DNA of 64,000 nt, taken from Octopus sinensis (taxonomy: Eukaryota). The notes beneath the pieces are model-generated. The model saw only the letters and a list, made by a program, of their open reading frames with translations, was not told the origin of the DNA and searched no databases. Made by a program: the position numbers and the translations under genes. Of the stretch, positions 13,741-24,679 are shown in pieces. Location: contig NC_042998.1 of assembly GCF_006345805.1 (NCBI RefSeq), positions 682,001 through 746,000 on the forward strand. Direction: 5' to 3'. How positions within the stretch are numbered: the stretch's first letter is position 1; every line of letters starts with the position of its first letter.

Positions 13741-14233
13741 GGATTCTACGTAACTATTTCCACTGTTGCACTAGTCGAAACATTTTGTAATTAAATTGAT
13801 AATTCATGATAAAAAGTTTGATCATTAGATATGCAATCTAATAACCATTCATTCTTAATTGGATCACAGAACCCGTCCACTCGAGGTTGTAATGGCATCA
13901 TAGTTTACAACAAGCTTCTAAGCTGAGAAAAACAAATGAAAGAAAAGGAAAGAATGAAAGAAAATAAAGCTAAACTCACTAAATGTAATCAGACTTAGTT
14001 TAAATAGAGCAAAGAAGTATGATAAACGTCCGCACTTCGACAGTAGACAACAGAATAAGAGACTTGACTTTAATATGTTTGTTTCTCGTTGCCTTATTGT
14101 GCTTTGCTTCGTTTTGTTTTTTTGTTTTGTCTTGTGCTGTTTCGTTTTACATTAAAGCAAATGATGCTACGCTTTCGCTAGAAATTCTCCTCCTGCTAAT
14201 CTGCTAATTGATAGCACATGTGGAGTTACATAG

Positions 14234-14296
<63 letters not shown>

Positions 14297-14399
14297 CCTA
14301 TATGTATATATGTATGTATATACTTATGCATATATATACATATATATATATCCAAGCAGTTGCAGTCATGCTGGAGCATCACCGCTACAAAACCCCAGA

Positions 14400-14447
14400 T
14401 GCGGAAACCCGGGATTGAACCAGGACTTTAGATCTTCACTCTAACGC
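14400..14447 (-). pseudogene. tRNA-Phe(GAA) 3' fragment pseudogene
   Basis: Minus strand GCGTTAGAGTGAAGATCTAAAGTCCTGGTTCAATCCCGGGTTTCCGCA versus eukaryotic tRNA-Phe GCGTTAGACTGAAGATCTAAAGGTCCCTGGTTCGATCCCGGGTTTCGGCA. Confidence 0.8.
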
Positions 14448-14520
14448 CCACTGAAGTTCTAAAAGACTGAATTCTTTTATCCCTTAAGTCTAACACTCGC
14501 TCTCCAAAATGAGATATTTC

Positions 14521-14569
<49 letters not shown>

Positions 14570-14572
<3 letters not shown>

Positions 14573-14820
14573 TAATACTAAGCAATAAAGGGTTTAGCAA
14601 CGAATTGCCTTACCACATACCGATTTAGAAATAGCAGTCAAAGAGTTATAGCTATTTCTTCTACTAAAAAGGGAGATCTCAGTAAAAACAGCAATTGCTG
14701 TTTTTACTGAGATCTCCCTTTTTAGTAGAAGAAATAGCTATAACTCTTTGACTGCTATTTCTAAATTCGGTATGTGGTAAGGCAATTCGTTGCTAAACCC
14801 TTTATTGCTTAGTATTACTT
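14570..14820. repeat. 251-bp spacerless palindrome
   Basis: Arms 14570-14694 and 14695-14820 are reverse complements except one extra T; centre CAGCAATTGCTG. Confidence 0.95.
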
Positions 14821-14938
14821 AAATTTTCCTCGAATGAGGCTTTTACATGCCGAAGACTACTTGGTGTAATTGATAATTATTCCAAATTAATTAATTTCAC
14901 CCTTCATTATTACGGATAACTATATATATATATATATA

Positions 14939-16506
14939 CTAGCATTATGACCCGTTGTTGCCGAGTCATAGTGCTAGTGCATGTATATATGTGTACATAT
15001 TACATGTACATTTATATATATACATCTACACATAAAATACAAAATACAAAGTTATATCTTGATATCGCTAGTGATAACAATACTCAAAATATATAACAGA
15101 CTAGAATTGTAGGCCCGTGTCTTGCAATTTCGATCAATTGGATCTTGTCCTCCCTCTTGTATAGAAGTGTGGCTACAATCCAGCCTACCTCTACTTCCGG
15201 GGGGGGGGGCATTTTTAATTTTTATCCGGGACGTTCCACGTCCCAGATATAAAGGGAAAAATAAAATATTTCCACTTTGCAAGGTTCCAGTCGAGTACTC
15301 CCTTGCACGCTCCGTTGACTCGAACCTTGCTTCTATTGTGGCGAATTTACCGCCTCTGGTTAGATATCTTTCATAGTCGCACCAAGACACTTTTGGGTGG
15401 TGCTTTCCTCCAGGTGTTCAAATCTTTTTTTTTCTCTACATTGTATACTTTATAGACAATAGTCTTTTCTTTAATTTAATTTTTTATTTCGTTTGGTGGT
15501 GTTATCCTAGATTCACCGTCTTTGTTGGTGATCAATCCGTTTTTCTTCCATTTTAATTTCAATGAGTTCGCGCCCGCCGACGGCTGCAGCGAAATTCATT
15601 TTTGGACTTTCTTCTATCGAAGGCATTCTAACGAAAATGCTTCCGTGTAAACGGTGAAAATATTGTCAATTTCCCCAAACAGGGACACAATTCAATTTTT
15701 AAACAATAACCAAAGCTCCTTCTCCCAAAGGGGGAGGGTTACAGTTTACAATTATTTAACAAATGCAACACAACAATGTTTCCTTTACGAGGAACCAACA
15801 AACGTGATAACAATAGTTAAACAGTAATAATAACAACAACAAACCTTACGATGAGTCAGAAAGCAGTAAGCAGTTGAAGTCCTTTATGTATAAGAAATAA
15901 ACCATCAGGAGCGGCTGTTCGAGAAAACAGATATTACATACAGCCAAATTTCATATAGATACTTAATGCTAGCTAATTAGCAGATAATCTAATGTAAAAG
16001 CCGTGGTAAAGGGTATTGCACACCTCCATCTGGACTATTCCATTTCTGCACGCTAATTTTATTTTTAATTTATTCCCATTCATGTGAAACCACTTTTTCA
16101 AGTTCAAGTCATTGATGCAATTTTATACCAATTGCTATTTTTACTTTTGTTATGTTTCGATTATATTATACTTTAGTTTGATTTTAATTATTACTTACTA
16201 CATATAATTCAATTGTTATTATTATTTTTATTGTTAAAGTGAAAGCATCTGACATAAAATAGAGAAATGTTTTTGTTTCACTTTTAACACGTAATACTGA
16301 AATTGTGGAGAAGATATGATATTGCTATGGGCTCGCTCTAGGCAAGAAGTTGAACATTTTTTTTGCCCATGAAACTACATGGACCCTAAGTAAGGCATGT
16401 GTAAAATTTGAATGAGATTGGTTGTGCAGTTCTCAAGTTTTAGGGAAACACACAGACAGACAGACAGACAGACAGACACATTCTCAGTTTTATATATATA
16501 GAGAGA
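14939..16506 (-). mobile_element. Non-autonomous Helitron, 1568 bp
   Basis: Minus strand starts A|TC (TCTCTCTATATATATAAAACTG, then (TCTG)n) and ends with hairpin GACTCG-GCAACAA-CGGGTC, ATAATG, CTAG|T; no TSD. Confidence 0.8.
15100..15880 (-). pseudogene. 5' region and N-terminal half of a Tx1/L1-like ORF1, inside the Helitron
   Basis: ITPPNEIKN*IKEKTIVYKVY, TRGGKFATIEARFES, ILFFPLY and PPEVEVGWIVATL align with IIPPKKWLKDREDRTVVLRTY, SRGVKYATVWLLFDT, ILFLPTY and PPDIEPEWIEETI of the 17855 ORF. Confidence 0.7.
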
Positions 16507-16644
16507 TATGTATGTATGTATGTATGTATATATATATATATAATACATGCATGCGATAACCAGGTCGCAGTTTTGAGCGACAAAAATTTGAAACCGTATT
16601 ACAAACAATATATATATATATATATAATATATATATATGCATCT

Positions 16645-16719
<75 letters not shown>

Positions 16720-17235
16720 GCATATATCTTAAGAAGTAATGCTTTCATTAAACAATACTTAATCATAATAATGGGTTATAACTTTTCTCATTTGTCAAGA
16801 GTCAGCGTGTGCGCGCTCGTGTGTGTGTGTTTGTGTGAGCGCAGGCGCGTGTGTGTTAGAAGGAGATAGAAAAGGAGAGAGAGAGAGAGAATGCAGTCGT
16901 TTAAATCGACACCAGTATGCCACTGGAACATATTTTAATCAATCCTCTCTTTACGGGTGGGGTAGTGGATTAAAGTGTAAGTCAACTTTGGTGGGATTAG
17001 AATCTGGAACTCTCACAGATACTGGCAAACGCTTACACAAGTCTCTTAGCGATTCAGCTTAAATGAGAGCGATAGAATAAGTAGCAGGTTTAAGACATTA
17101 GTACTGGTGTCGATTTATCTCACTAAACCCTTCAGGCGGTGCTCCAGTATGGCCGTGGTCTTACAACTGATACAAGCAAAAGCTAAAATAAAAATATTAC
17201 AAGCGCGGGACTGGCTGTGTGGTAAGTAGCTTGCT

Positions 17236-19420
17236 AACACACATGCGCAGTTAGTCAGTTGCTTCCTGTTCAGCCAGAGTGGACGCGAGTCAACCAGCTC
17301 CGTCCAATTAAAGAAAAAAGACCAAGAACGGAAAGTTGTCGAGGTAAGTGATTTTGTTTATTGTGCGTTGGGCATAATTTATTGCGTGCCAATTATTATT
17401 TCAGTAAGTTGTGTCCAACTCTGAGACAATCTCGCCTGCTCTCGGCGGCTGCCGTTTTTGTGTTTATTGAAAAAAAAACAGTGGAGGGGCGTATCCGTCT
17501 TCGATAAATTGAGTGAATATTTTTTTCACGTAATTGTGAGAATTGTATTGTGCTGTAAAGAACTTTTTGTGAAAACTGCTATATAGGGGAGTATTTTGCC
17601 TCCGAAGTTTGAACAAGTTTTACCAATTTTACACCAAGTTTTGTGGAAGTTGTGCCACCTGGTTCAATTTAGGCCGGGAGTACCAAATGGCCAGAAGGTT
17701 TTTGCTGTGTTATTGACTTTCTTTTTAATTTTATTTGACTTTCTTTTTAACTTTATTTGACTCTCTCCTTTTTCACTGTGATTTTCTTCGGATTTCCTTT
17801 TCCTCTCGTTTTTTAGTTTTATTCTGAATACATTTAAAAAAAAAAAAAAAGAACATGGCAATGAAAAATAACAAACTTTTGGAATGGGAGATCATACCGC
17901 CTAAAAAGTGGTTAAAAGACCGTGAAGATAGGACGGTGGTGTTGAGAACCTACTCCAAGGCACTCGACACCATCGCCCTATTCGAAAAGACGGCAATTGA
18001 AAAGGAGTTGGAAGAGTATTTGCCAACAATTAAATTCATTTCCAGGGGTGTCAAATATGCAACGGTGTGGTTGCTATTTGACACCCCTGAAGAGGCTTGC
18101 AAATTTGCTAGCAAACCCCTGGAGGGTAAGGAATCTTATTCCTGCCCACGTACAAAAAAAAGAAAGTGATGAAAGCTTGGATTTGCGGTCTGCCACCCGA
18201 CATAGAACCCGAGTGGATAGAGGAGACTATCCGCCGGGGTCTGGGTGGCAGCGAAACTAAGCTCCTTAATGTAAAAGTTCTTCCTGCGGCTGCTTGGGTT
18301 GGGTCAAAAGCAATTTTGACCCTGTGGACCCAATCAGCCAATCTGGTTCTTCCAGATTTTTTGAAAATGGCCGGGTGCAGGTACCCGGTGATGCTTGAGG
18401 GTCGCCCCCCTAAGTGTCATCGGTGCTTGGAGTCCGGCCACATAAAGAAGAACTGTCCCCGGGAACAAAATAGGATCCCGGAACAGTTAAGTAAAACCCC
18501 TCTAGAAGACGGAATGATAACGGCCGAGAAAGCAGAGGACTCCTCAAACAGAGGCCGAAAGAGGAAGGTGAGCAACAATGGGTGCTCACCAAAGGATAAT
18601 AGGGATGAGGAGAGGAAGGCGAATCTTCCAGCCACGGAGGAGACGCACCCTCCCTCAGTTGAAAAGGGAAAAAAAAAGAAAAAGAGGAAGAAAAACGGGA
18701 CATTACCGACTGTCAGTGTAGCACCGGAATGTCCCGGAACTACGTCGGTTGGGGTTGTGCCACCGACAAGAGAAGGAATACCGTTGGCGGGAACTGTGTC
18801 GCCACCGAAAGAACTGAACGTTTTGGTCCTCTTCTATAGAGGAGGAGAAATTGAAAAAGTGATGGAAGAGCATCACAAGGGAGCACCTTTAGCCTTCACA
18901 CAGGACCCCGAATGGCCTCCGCAGGTAGCTGTGGAGGCCGTGGCGTTCGACGTGAGGCTTGGGCTAAAGGAGCTCAAGGAAGACTATAACTTGGTCCCGG
19001 GCGACGCTGACTCGGAACTTGATTACGTTCTGAGGGAGGCGTGGTTGATGGTGGAGGGCGCGGGCACAAGCGACTTCGAGGACGATATGTAATTATTGAA
19101 CTGTTATTATTAGTAATGGACTGCTAAGTCCAAAAATTGGAAAATTGTAAGAGGTTTAATACCTCGTTTTGTGTTTATTTTTATTAATAATGGACTGCTA
19201 AATCCAAAAATTGGAAAAATTGTAAGAGGTTTAATACCTCGTTTTGTGTTTATCCTTAAAAAGAACAATGTTTTAGAGAAGCGAAAGTCGGCGGGCGCTT
19301 TTTGTCTTCTCCCATCCTTATCATCTTTCTTTCATTATCATTCACCTCATTAATGTCCTCGTCCAGCCCGCAAAGCTAACTTAATCTGTGTACTGCCTTT
19401 ATGGCAAATGTTTTGAAATA
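17236..19420 (+). mobile_element. ORF1-only (HAL1-like) Tx1/L1-related retroelement with a 12-bp TSD
   Basis: AAGTAGCTTGCT at 17224-17235 and 19421-19432; one gag-like ORF; no APE or RT motifs; 3' end TGCC-TTTAT-GGCA...GAAATAAA. Confidence 0.8.
17855..19092 (+). CDS. Gag-like ORF1 protein (RRM-like region, CCHC zinc knuckle, Lys-rich tract), about 412 aa after repairing one frameshift
   Basis: ORF-track pieces 17855-18169 and 18166-19092 join if one base is added near 18128-18130 (restores GILFLPTYKKKKVMKAW); CHRCLESGHIKKNC at 18415-18456 is CX2CX4HX4C. Confidence 0.75.
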
Positions 19421-19564
19421 AAGTAGCTTGCTTACCAACCACATGGTTCCGGGCTCAGTCCCACTGCGTGGCACCTCGGGCAAGTGTCTTCTACTATAGC
19501 CTCGGACTGACCAAAGCCTTGTAAGTGGATTTGGTAGACGGAAACTGAAAAGAAGCCCGTCGTA

Positions 19565-19638
<74 letters not shown>

Positions 19639-20620
19639 TGTGTCTTTGTTTGTCCCCCCAACATCGTTTGACAACCGATGCTGGTATGTTTACGTCCCTG
19701 TAACTTAGCGGTTCGGCAAAAGAGACCGATAGAAAAAGCACTAGGCTTACAAAAATAAGTCCTGGGGTCGATTTGCCCGACTAAAGGCGGTGCTCCAGCA
19801 TGGCCGCAGTCAAATGACTGAAACAAGTAAAAGAATAAGCGTGGCTGTGTGGTAAGATGTCTGCTTCCCAACACTGAACGTCAAAAAGTGAAAGTAAAAC
19901 GGAATTGAAATAAGAAACGTCCGTCGTTTCCGAAGAAAAGTGCAGCAAGTGTCAGCTCTCTTGGAGTTACATAATAATTGATTTAGGTTCAATTATTATG
20001 CATTGCACTTTGGGAAAGTGGCTTTTACTATAGCGTCGGGCTTTTTGAGTGGATTTTATATACGGAAACTGAAAGAAGCCCGTCGTATATATTATTATAG
20101 CTTAATATAAACAGCTATGTGCAATGTAATATCACAAAGAAAAGCTATAATCGTTACTGGGCGATTGTATCCCCCTATGAACATATATGTATATATTTAT
20201 GTGCTTTTTTTTTACAACATTAGAGCATTGATAACCTTACTTGCGACAGTTATAGTTTTCCTTTATGGTATCACTTTTTATGGTATGAAGTTTTGTATAC
20301 ACATTAGCGATCAGCTAAATCATACATAATTTTTTTTCGGTAAATACATACATGCTGACAGAGGATTGGCCTGGAATTTGCCGATCTCACTAAAGAGGTT
20401 TTTACGGAAGAGGTTATGGAAATAGCCGAAACTGGACGTTCAGTCAAAGGAATTCTCGAGTCAGTGTTTTGGGCGATTGCACCCCCTGTGAGAATCTATG
20501 TATGCATTTATTTGCTCTTCCTACAGGGTTGGAGCATTTTAGCTCTTATTTCTATCAATTTAGGTTTCTTGACATTCTTAGTGACAATTATATATATATA
20601 TATATGTAAATGTATATATA

Positions 20621-20887
20621 CCACCGTGATCACCGTGACCGACCAGATGTAGTTACACATTACTGGTCACAATGCGCTTCGCATTGTTTTAGCCTTCAAA
20701 TGATGCCAAACCGCTGGCTAAGCGAGCAGGCCAAGAGAAGAAAGAGTGAGAGAAAGTTGTGGCGAAAGAGTACAGCAGGGATCGCCACCACTCCATGGCG
20801 GAGCCACGTAGAACTTTAGGCGTTTTCGCTCAATAAACACTCACAACGCCCGATCAGGGAATCGAAACCGGGTCATTGCGCCTCCAC
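20621..20887 (-). mobile_element. SINE family C
   Basis: Colinear with 12422-12726, with a deletion in the head. Confidence 0.8.
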
Positions 20888-22000
20888 TATATATATATAT
20901 ATACATACACAGACACACACACACTCATATATATACACACATATATATAACAAACGATAGGGATGGAAAATGGAATACGCGGGAAACTTTACTGCTCACA
21001 ACAGCCTTAACCTAGAACATATACAATATGTATTAAATCCGAGCAAAATAGAGTTCATTTAATAAGTTACTTCTTATTGCGTCATGTTGTGTAGTTTCCT
21101 ACCCGCGAGGGATCAATGCAGGATATGTCGAAATGATCGGTGTGAGCAATAAACTTTCCCATGTATTCCATATTCCGTCTTTATCGTTTGTTTTATACTC
21201 AAGGTACACAGGATTTCCCGAGGTAGATCCGATGCCAATTGTATAAATACCGTGGATGACGCCAGGTAGCCATAGACTACTTTATAAACATGCTTTATCG
21301 GCGTACTACTAGGAACATAACCAACATTTAAATATTAACTGATATATATATGTGTGTATGTGTGTGTGTTCATGTGTGCGTGTGTCTTTATCTCTGTTTG
21401 TGCCCTGACCTCGTTTGACAACCGGTGTTGGTGTGTTTATGTTCCCGTAACTGAGCGGTTTGTCAAAGAAAACGATAGAATAAGCACTAGGCTTTAAAAC
21501 ATGAATAAGTAAGTACTGGGGTCATTTCAATCGACTAACAATTCTTCAAGGCGGTGCCCCAGCATGGCCGCAGTTTTAGATAAAAGATATATACTAATCG
21601 ATAACCGATAACTAATATTTTATGAAAAGTAAAAAAGTGAAAGTAAAACTGAATTTAAATCAAGTGCGTCGTTGCATTTGATTTAAATAAGAAACACCTG
21701 TTGTTTTCAAACAGAAGTGCAGCAGGTGTCAGCCTTCTTAGAGTTACATAATAATTGATTTTACGATTAAATCGATTGGTAATCAAATCAAGACGCACAA
21801 GCCAGAAACGATTTCTACAAGTGATAGGATTTAAAATTAAAAAGCAAATTCGATGTGTTCTGCTATCAGAGATGTTAATGTAAAAGCTGGTTTGTGGTAA
21901 AAGTGATTTTTTTTTGTTTTCATACCGAGACAGTAACCTGGAACTGCGCACTCTCGCACTTTACTCTCTTTCACGTGTATCTGTGTTTTGTTTAAAGCGT

Positions 22001-22044
<44 letters not shown>

Positions 22045-22622
22045 ATTCAGGCGTACTCACTGGCATACACAGATAACGATTATGAATATTTGGTTTTCAA
22101 AAAGAAAATATTTTATTTGAAAATGTTGTTTTAGTGTAAAGTTTCAGGGACATACTTCACGATTTTGAAATTAGGTATGGGTTACCTGACTAGTTATTGG
22201 CACACCTGTTTTACTGTCTTAGATATATTACAGTTAGACGAAGTATGACCCATTTTATAAGAAAACAATTTTTAAATAAAAACCTAACAAACAAGCTAGC
22301 AAATTCAGTGTAATCAATGCTTTCACAAAAGAAAAACTAACCTACATTATATCTGCTTTTTAAAGTAGCACAAACTAAAGTTACTACAGTCTGGTAATTC
22401 AAATAAGAAAATAAAAATACTAAAGGAAATAGTGATTTGCAGCACATGAGATAAATAACTCAGGTATATCCATATTCGTTCGTACGCAGGCTGACACAAA
22501 TATGAGAACGCATACTGCTACGTACAGTATGTAGGATATTATGCAAAATATGGATTTTTGTTAAGATTGTATCAAAATTTAATTAAATGAAAACTAATCT
22601 ATTCCAAAATAGAAATATTATT

Positions 22623-23056
22623 GGATCGTTTCGGTTTGAACGGCAGTTTTTTCTAGCGGTGTCATATGAAATTGTCACCCATAATTATGACCCTAGTATC
22701 GATCTATTGCATTTCAATCTGTTTTAGGGTTAGGGTTAGTTAGGGTCAGAGTTAAGGTTAGGGTTAGGGGTGGGGTTGGGGTGAAGGGTATCCTTTTTTC
22801 TTCACAAATGTAAATAAACCCAATCTGTTTCTTAAACGAGGGATATATTCATACGGCACAGAATAGACGTCATTGATTGGTTGAAATTGCAGAAATTGAA
22901 GAAAAAAAAACAACAAATATCTTACAAACAATAGAACTTTCTCAATAAAGCCAGGAGAAAAAGATGTTTTATAAACACATTCTACCAGTATACGAAGTTT
23001 AAAAGTGTTTACTTGGAAATTATTTTAAAAAACTGCCGTTCAAACCGAAAAGATCC
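22623..23056. mobile_element. MITE with 29-bp terminal inverted repeats and internal TTAGGG-like repeats
   Basis: GGATCGTTTCGGTTTGAACGGCAGTTTTT pairs with AAAAACTGCCGTTCAAACCGAAAAGATCC; TTAGGG variants at about 22723-22770. Confidence 0.85.
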
Positions 23057-23259
23057 ATATTATTATTTATAAGTCTCTCTAAAGGAGACTACGGCAGTGG
23101 TACTGGATATTAATAGTTATCGCCAAGCTAATATGGCAGTCCAGAAATACAGGACGAATACTGCCGTTAATTAACTATGTGACACACGAACCTGTGTCCC
23201 AGCCGCTTCCCCTTGCTTTTCCTTGGGGAAGCGACTGACCTCCCCTGTTCGAAGGTTAT

Positions 23260-23450
23260 AATGGACAAACACACACACACACACACACACATGTACGACA
23301 GCCTTCATTCAGTTTCGTCTACCTAATCCACTCACAAGGTTTTGGTCAGTCCGAGGCTATAGTAGAAGACACTTACCCAAGGTGCCACGCAGTGGGACTG
23401 AACCCGGAACCACGTGGTTGGCAAGCAAGCTACTTACTACACAGCCACGC
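23260..23450 (-). mobile_element. SINE family A, partial
   Basis: GAGGCTATAGTAGAAGACACTTACCCAAGGTGCCACGCAGTGGGACTGAACCCGG...ACACAGCCAC. Confidence 0.8.
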
Positions 23451-23516
23451 CTGCTCCTATTAAGAATTACCTGGAATTATATAATAAAATTAAAATATAT
23501 TGTTTTGTACAAGTAT

Positions 23517-23812
23517 GTGTGGAGGCACATGGCCTTGTGGTTAGAACAGCGGACTCGAGGTATCGCGGGTTCGAATCAGACCGGGCGATGTGTGTGTTTA
23601 TGAGCGAAACACCTAAGCTCCACGCGGCTCCGGCAGAAGGTAATGGCGAACATCTGCTGATTCTTTCGCCACAACTTTCTCTCACTCTTTCCTCCTGCAT
23701 CTTGCAGCTCACCTGCGACAGACCGGCGTCCCGTCCAGATGGGGAACCTATATGCCAAGGAACCGAAAAACCGGCCCTTATGAGCCAGGTGTGGCTCGAG
23801 AAGGAACAAACA
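23517..23812 (+). mobile_element. SINE with a family C head and a different 3' half, with a 12-bp TSD
   Basis: TTGTACAAGTAT at 23505-23516 and 23813-23824; head GTGGAGGCACATGGCCTTGTGGTTAG. Confidence 0.85.
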
Positions 23813-24679
23813 TTGTACAAGTATAACCAATTTATTGTACATAAATTTTAACAACAAAATCTTACATGGACCCCAAAGGGCGATATGGTCCCTGGTTGAG
23901 AATCCGTTGTGTAGATGTATAACAGTGTCCATCGTGAAAGCAGATATGAGAGAACCTCTAGTAATTACATCGAAGACTTCAAAAACAGAACGTTTGTCTC
24001 ATTCTCACTAATGTACCTTCATATTTTATTTCCTTTTCTATTAACTTTGAATATCTACACAAGATCATTTTCTTTTTTGAAAAGATATAAAGAAGTGATT
24101 CATACTTGAGTGATAGTGAACACCTGTTAAGGTGACGAGTGGGTAGAATTATTAGCACGCCTTGCAAAATCCACAGCAGCCTTTTGTCTTCCTTATGTCT
24201 CAAGTTCAAATTCCGTTGAGGTTGACTTTGCCTTTCATTTTTATTTTTGCGGTCGATAAAATGAGTACAATTTGAGTATTGGGGTCAATGTAATCAACTT
24301 ATCCCAACCCCCGAACTTTCTGGCCTTGTGCCAAAAATAGAGACCAATAGTGAACAGCTGTATCGTAGCAATGGGTAATTTCCAACTAGCAGTGAACTAT
24401 ATCGACTTTTAGCAATGGAGAACTTTCGACATGCAGTGAACTATATCGATTTGTAGCAACGTAAAATTAGGTAGACTGGGCCATTGACAGATAAATATCT
24501 TAGCTATGGACAAAGTGTAGCACTAGTGTGGGAATGAAAGCTGATAGCTCGGCAGCTCCAGCTTCTTGGATGGTTGCCTGTTGCTTATTAACTTGGCCAT
24601 CTGCTTTCCTCTTAGTTTCAATTACTGGCTTGCGTCTTTGCCGAAGACTATACACCTTCAAGGGTATTTTCGATTATAT

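Larger units (their letters stand above)
17206..19838 (+). mobile_element. Full-length SINE family A split by the 17236-19420 insertion
   Basis: Head TGGCTGTGTGGTAAGTAGCTTGCT ends at 17235 and resumes at 19421 (AAGTAGCTTGCTTACCAACCACATGG...), then an internal microsatellite and tail GGCGGTGCTCCAGCATGGCCGCAGTC...AAAAGAATAA. Confidence 0.85.

Noticed and set aside
22723-22770. TTAGGG repeats as a true telomere or chromosome-fusion relic
   Set aside because: Short, degenerate and inside a TIR-bounded multicopy element; the head-to-head pattern at 27200-27480 is explained by the MITE dimer
23865-23912. Possible hAT-type MITE end (ATGGACCCC...GGTTGAGAATCCGTTG)
   Set aside because: Too short, with no partner end or TSD
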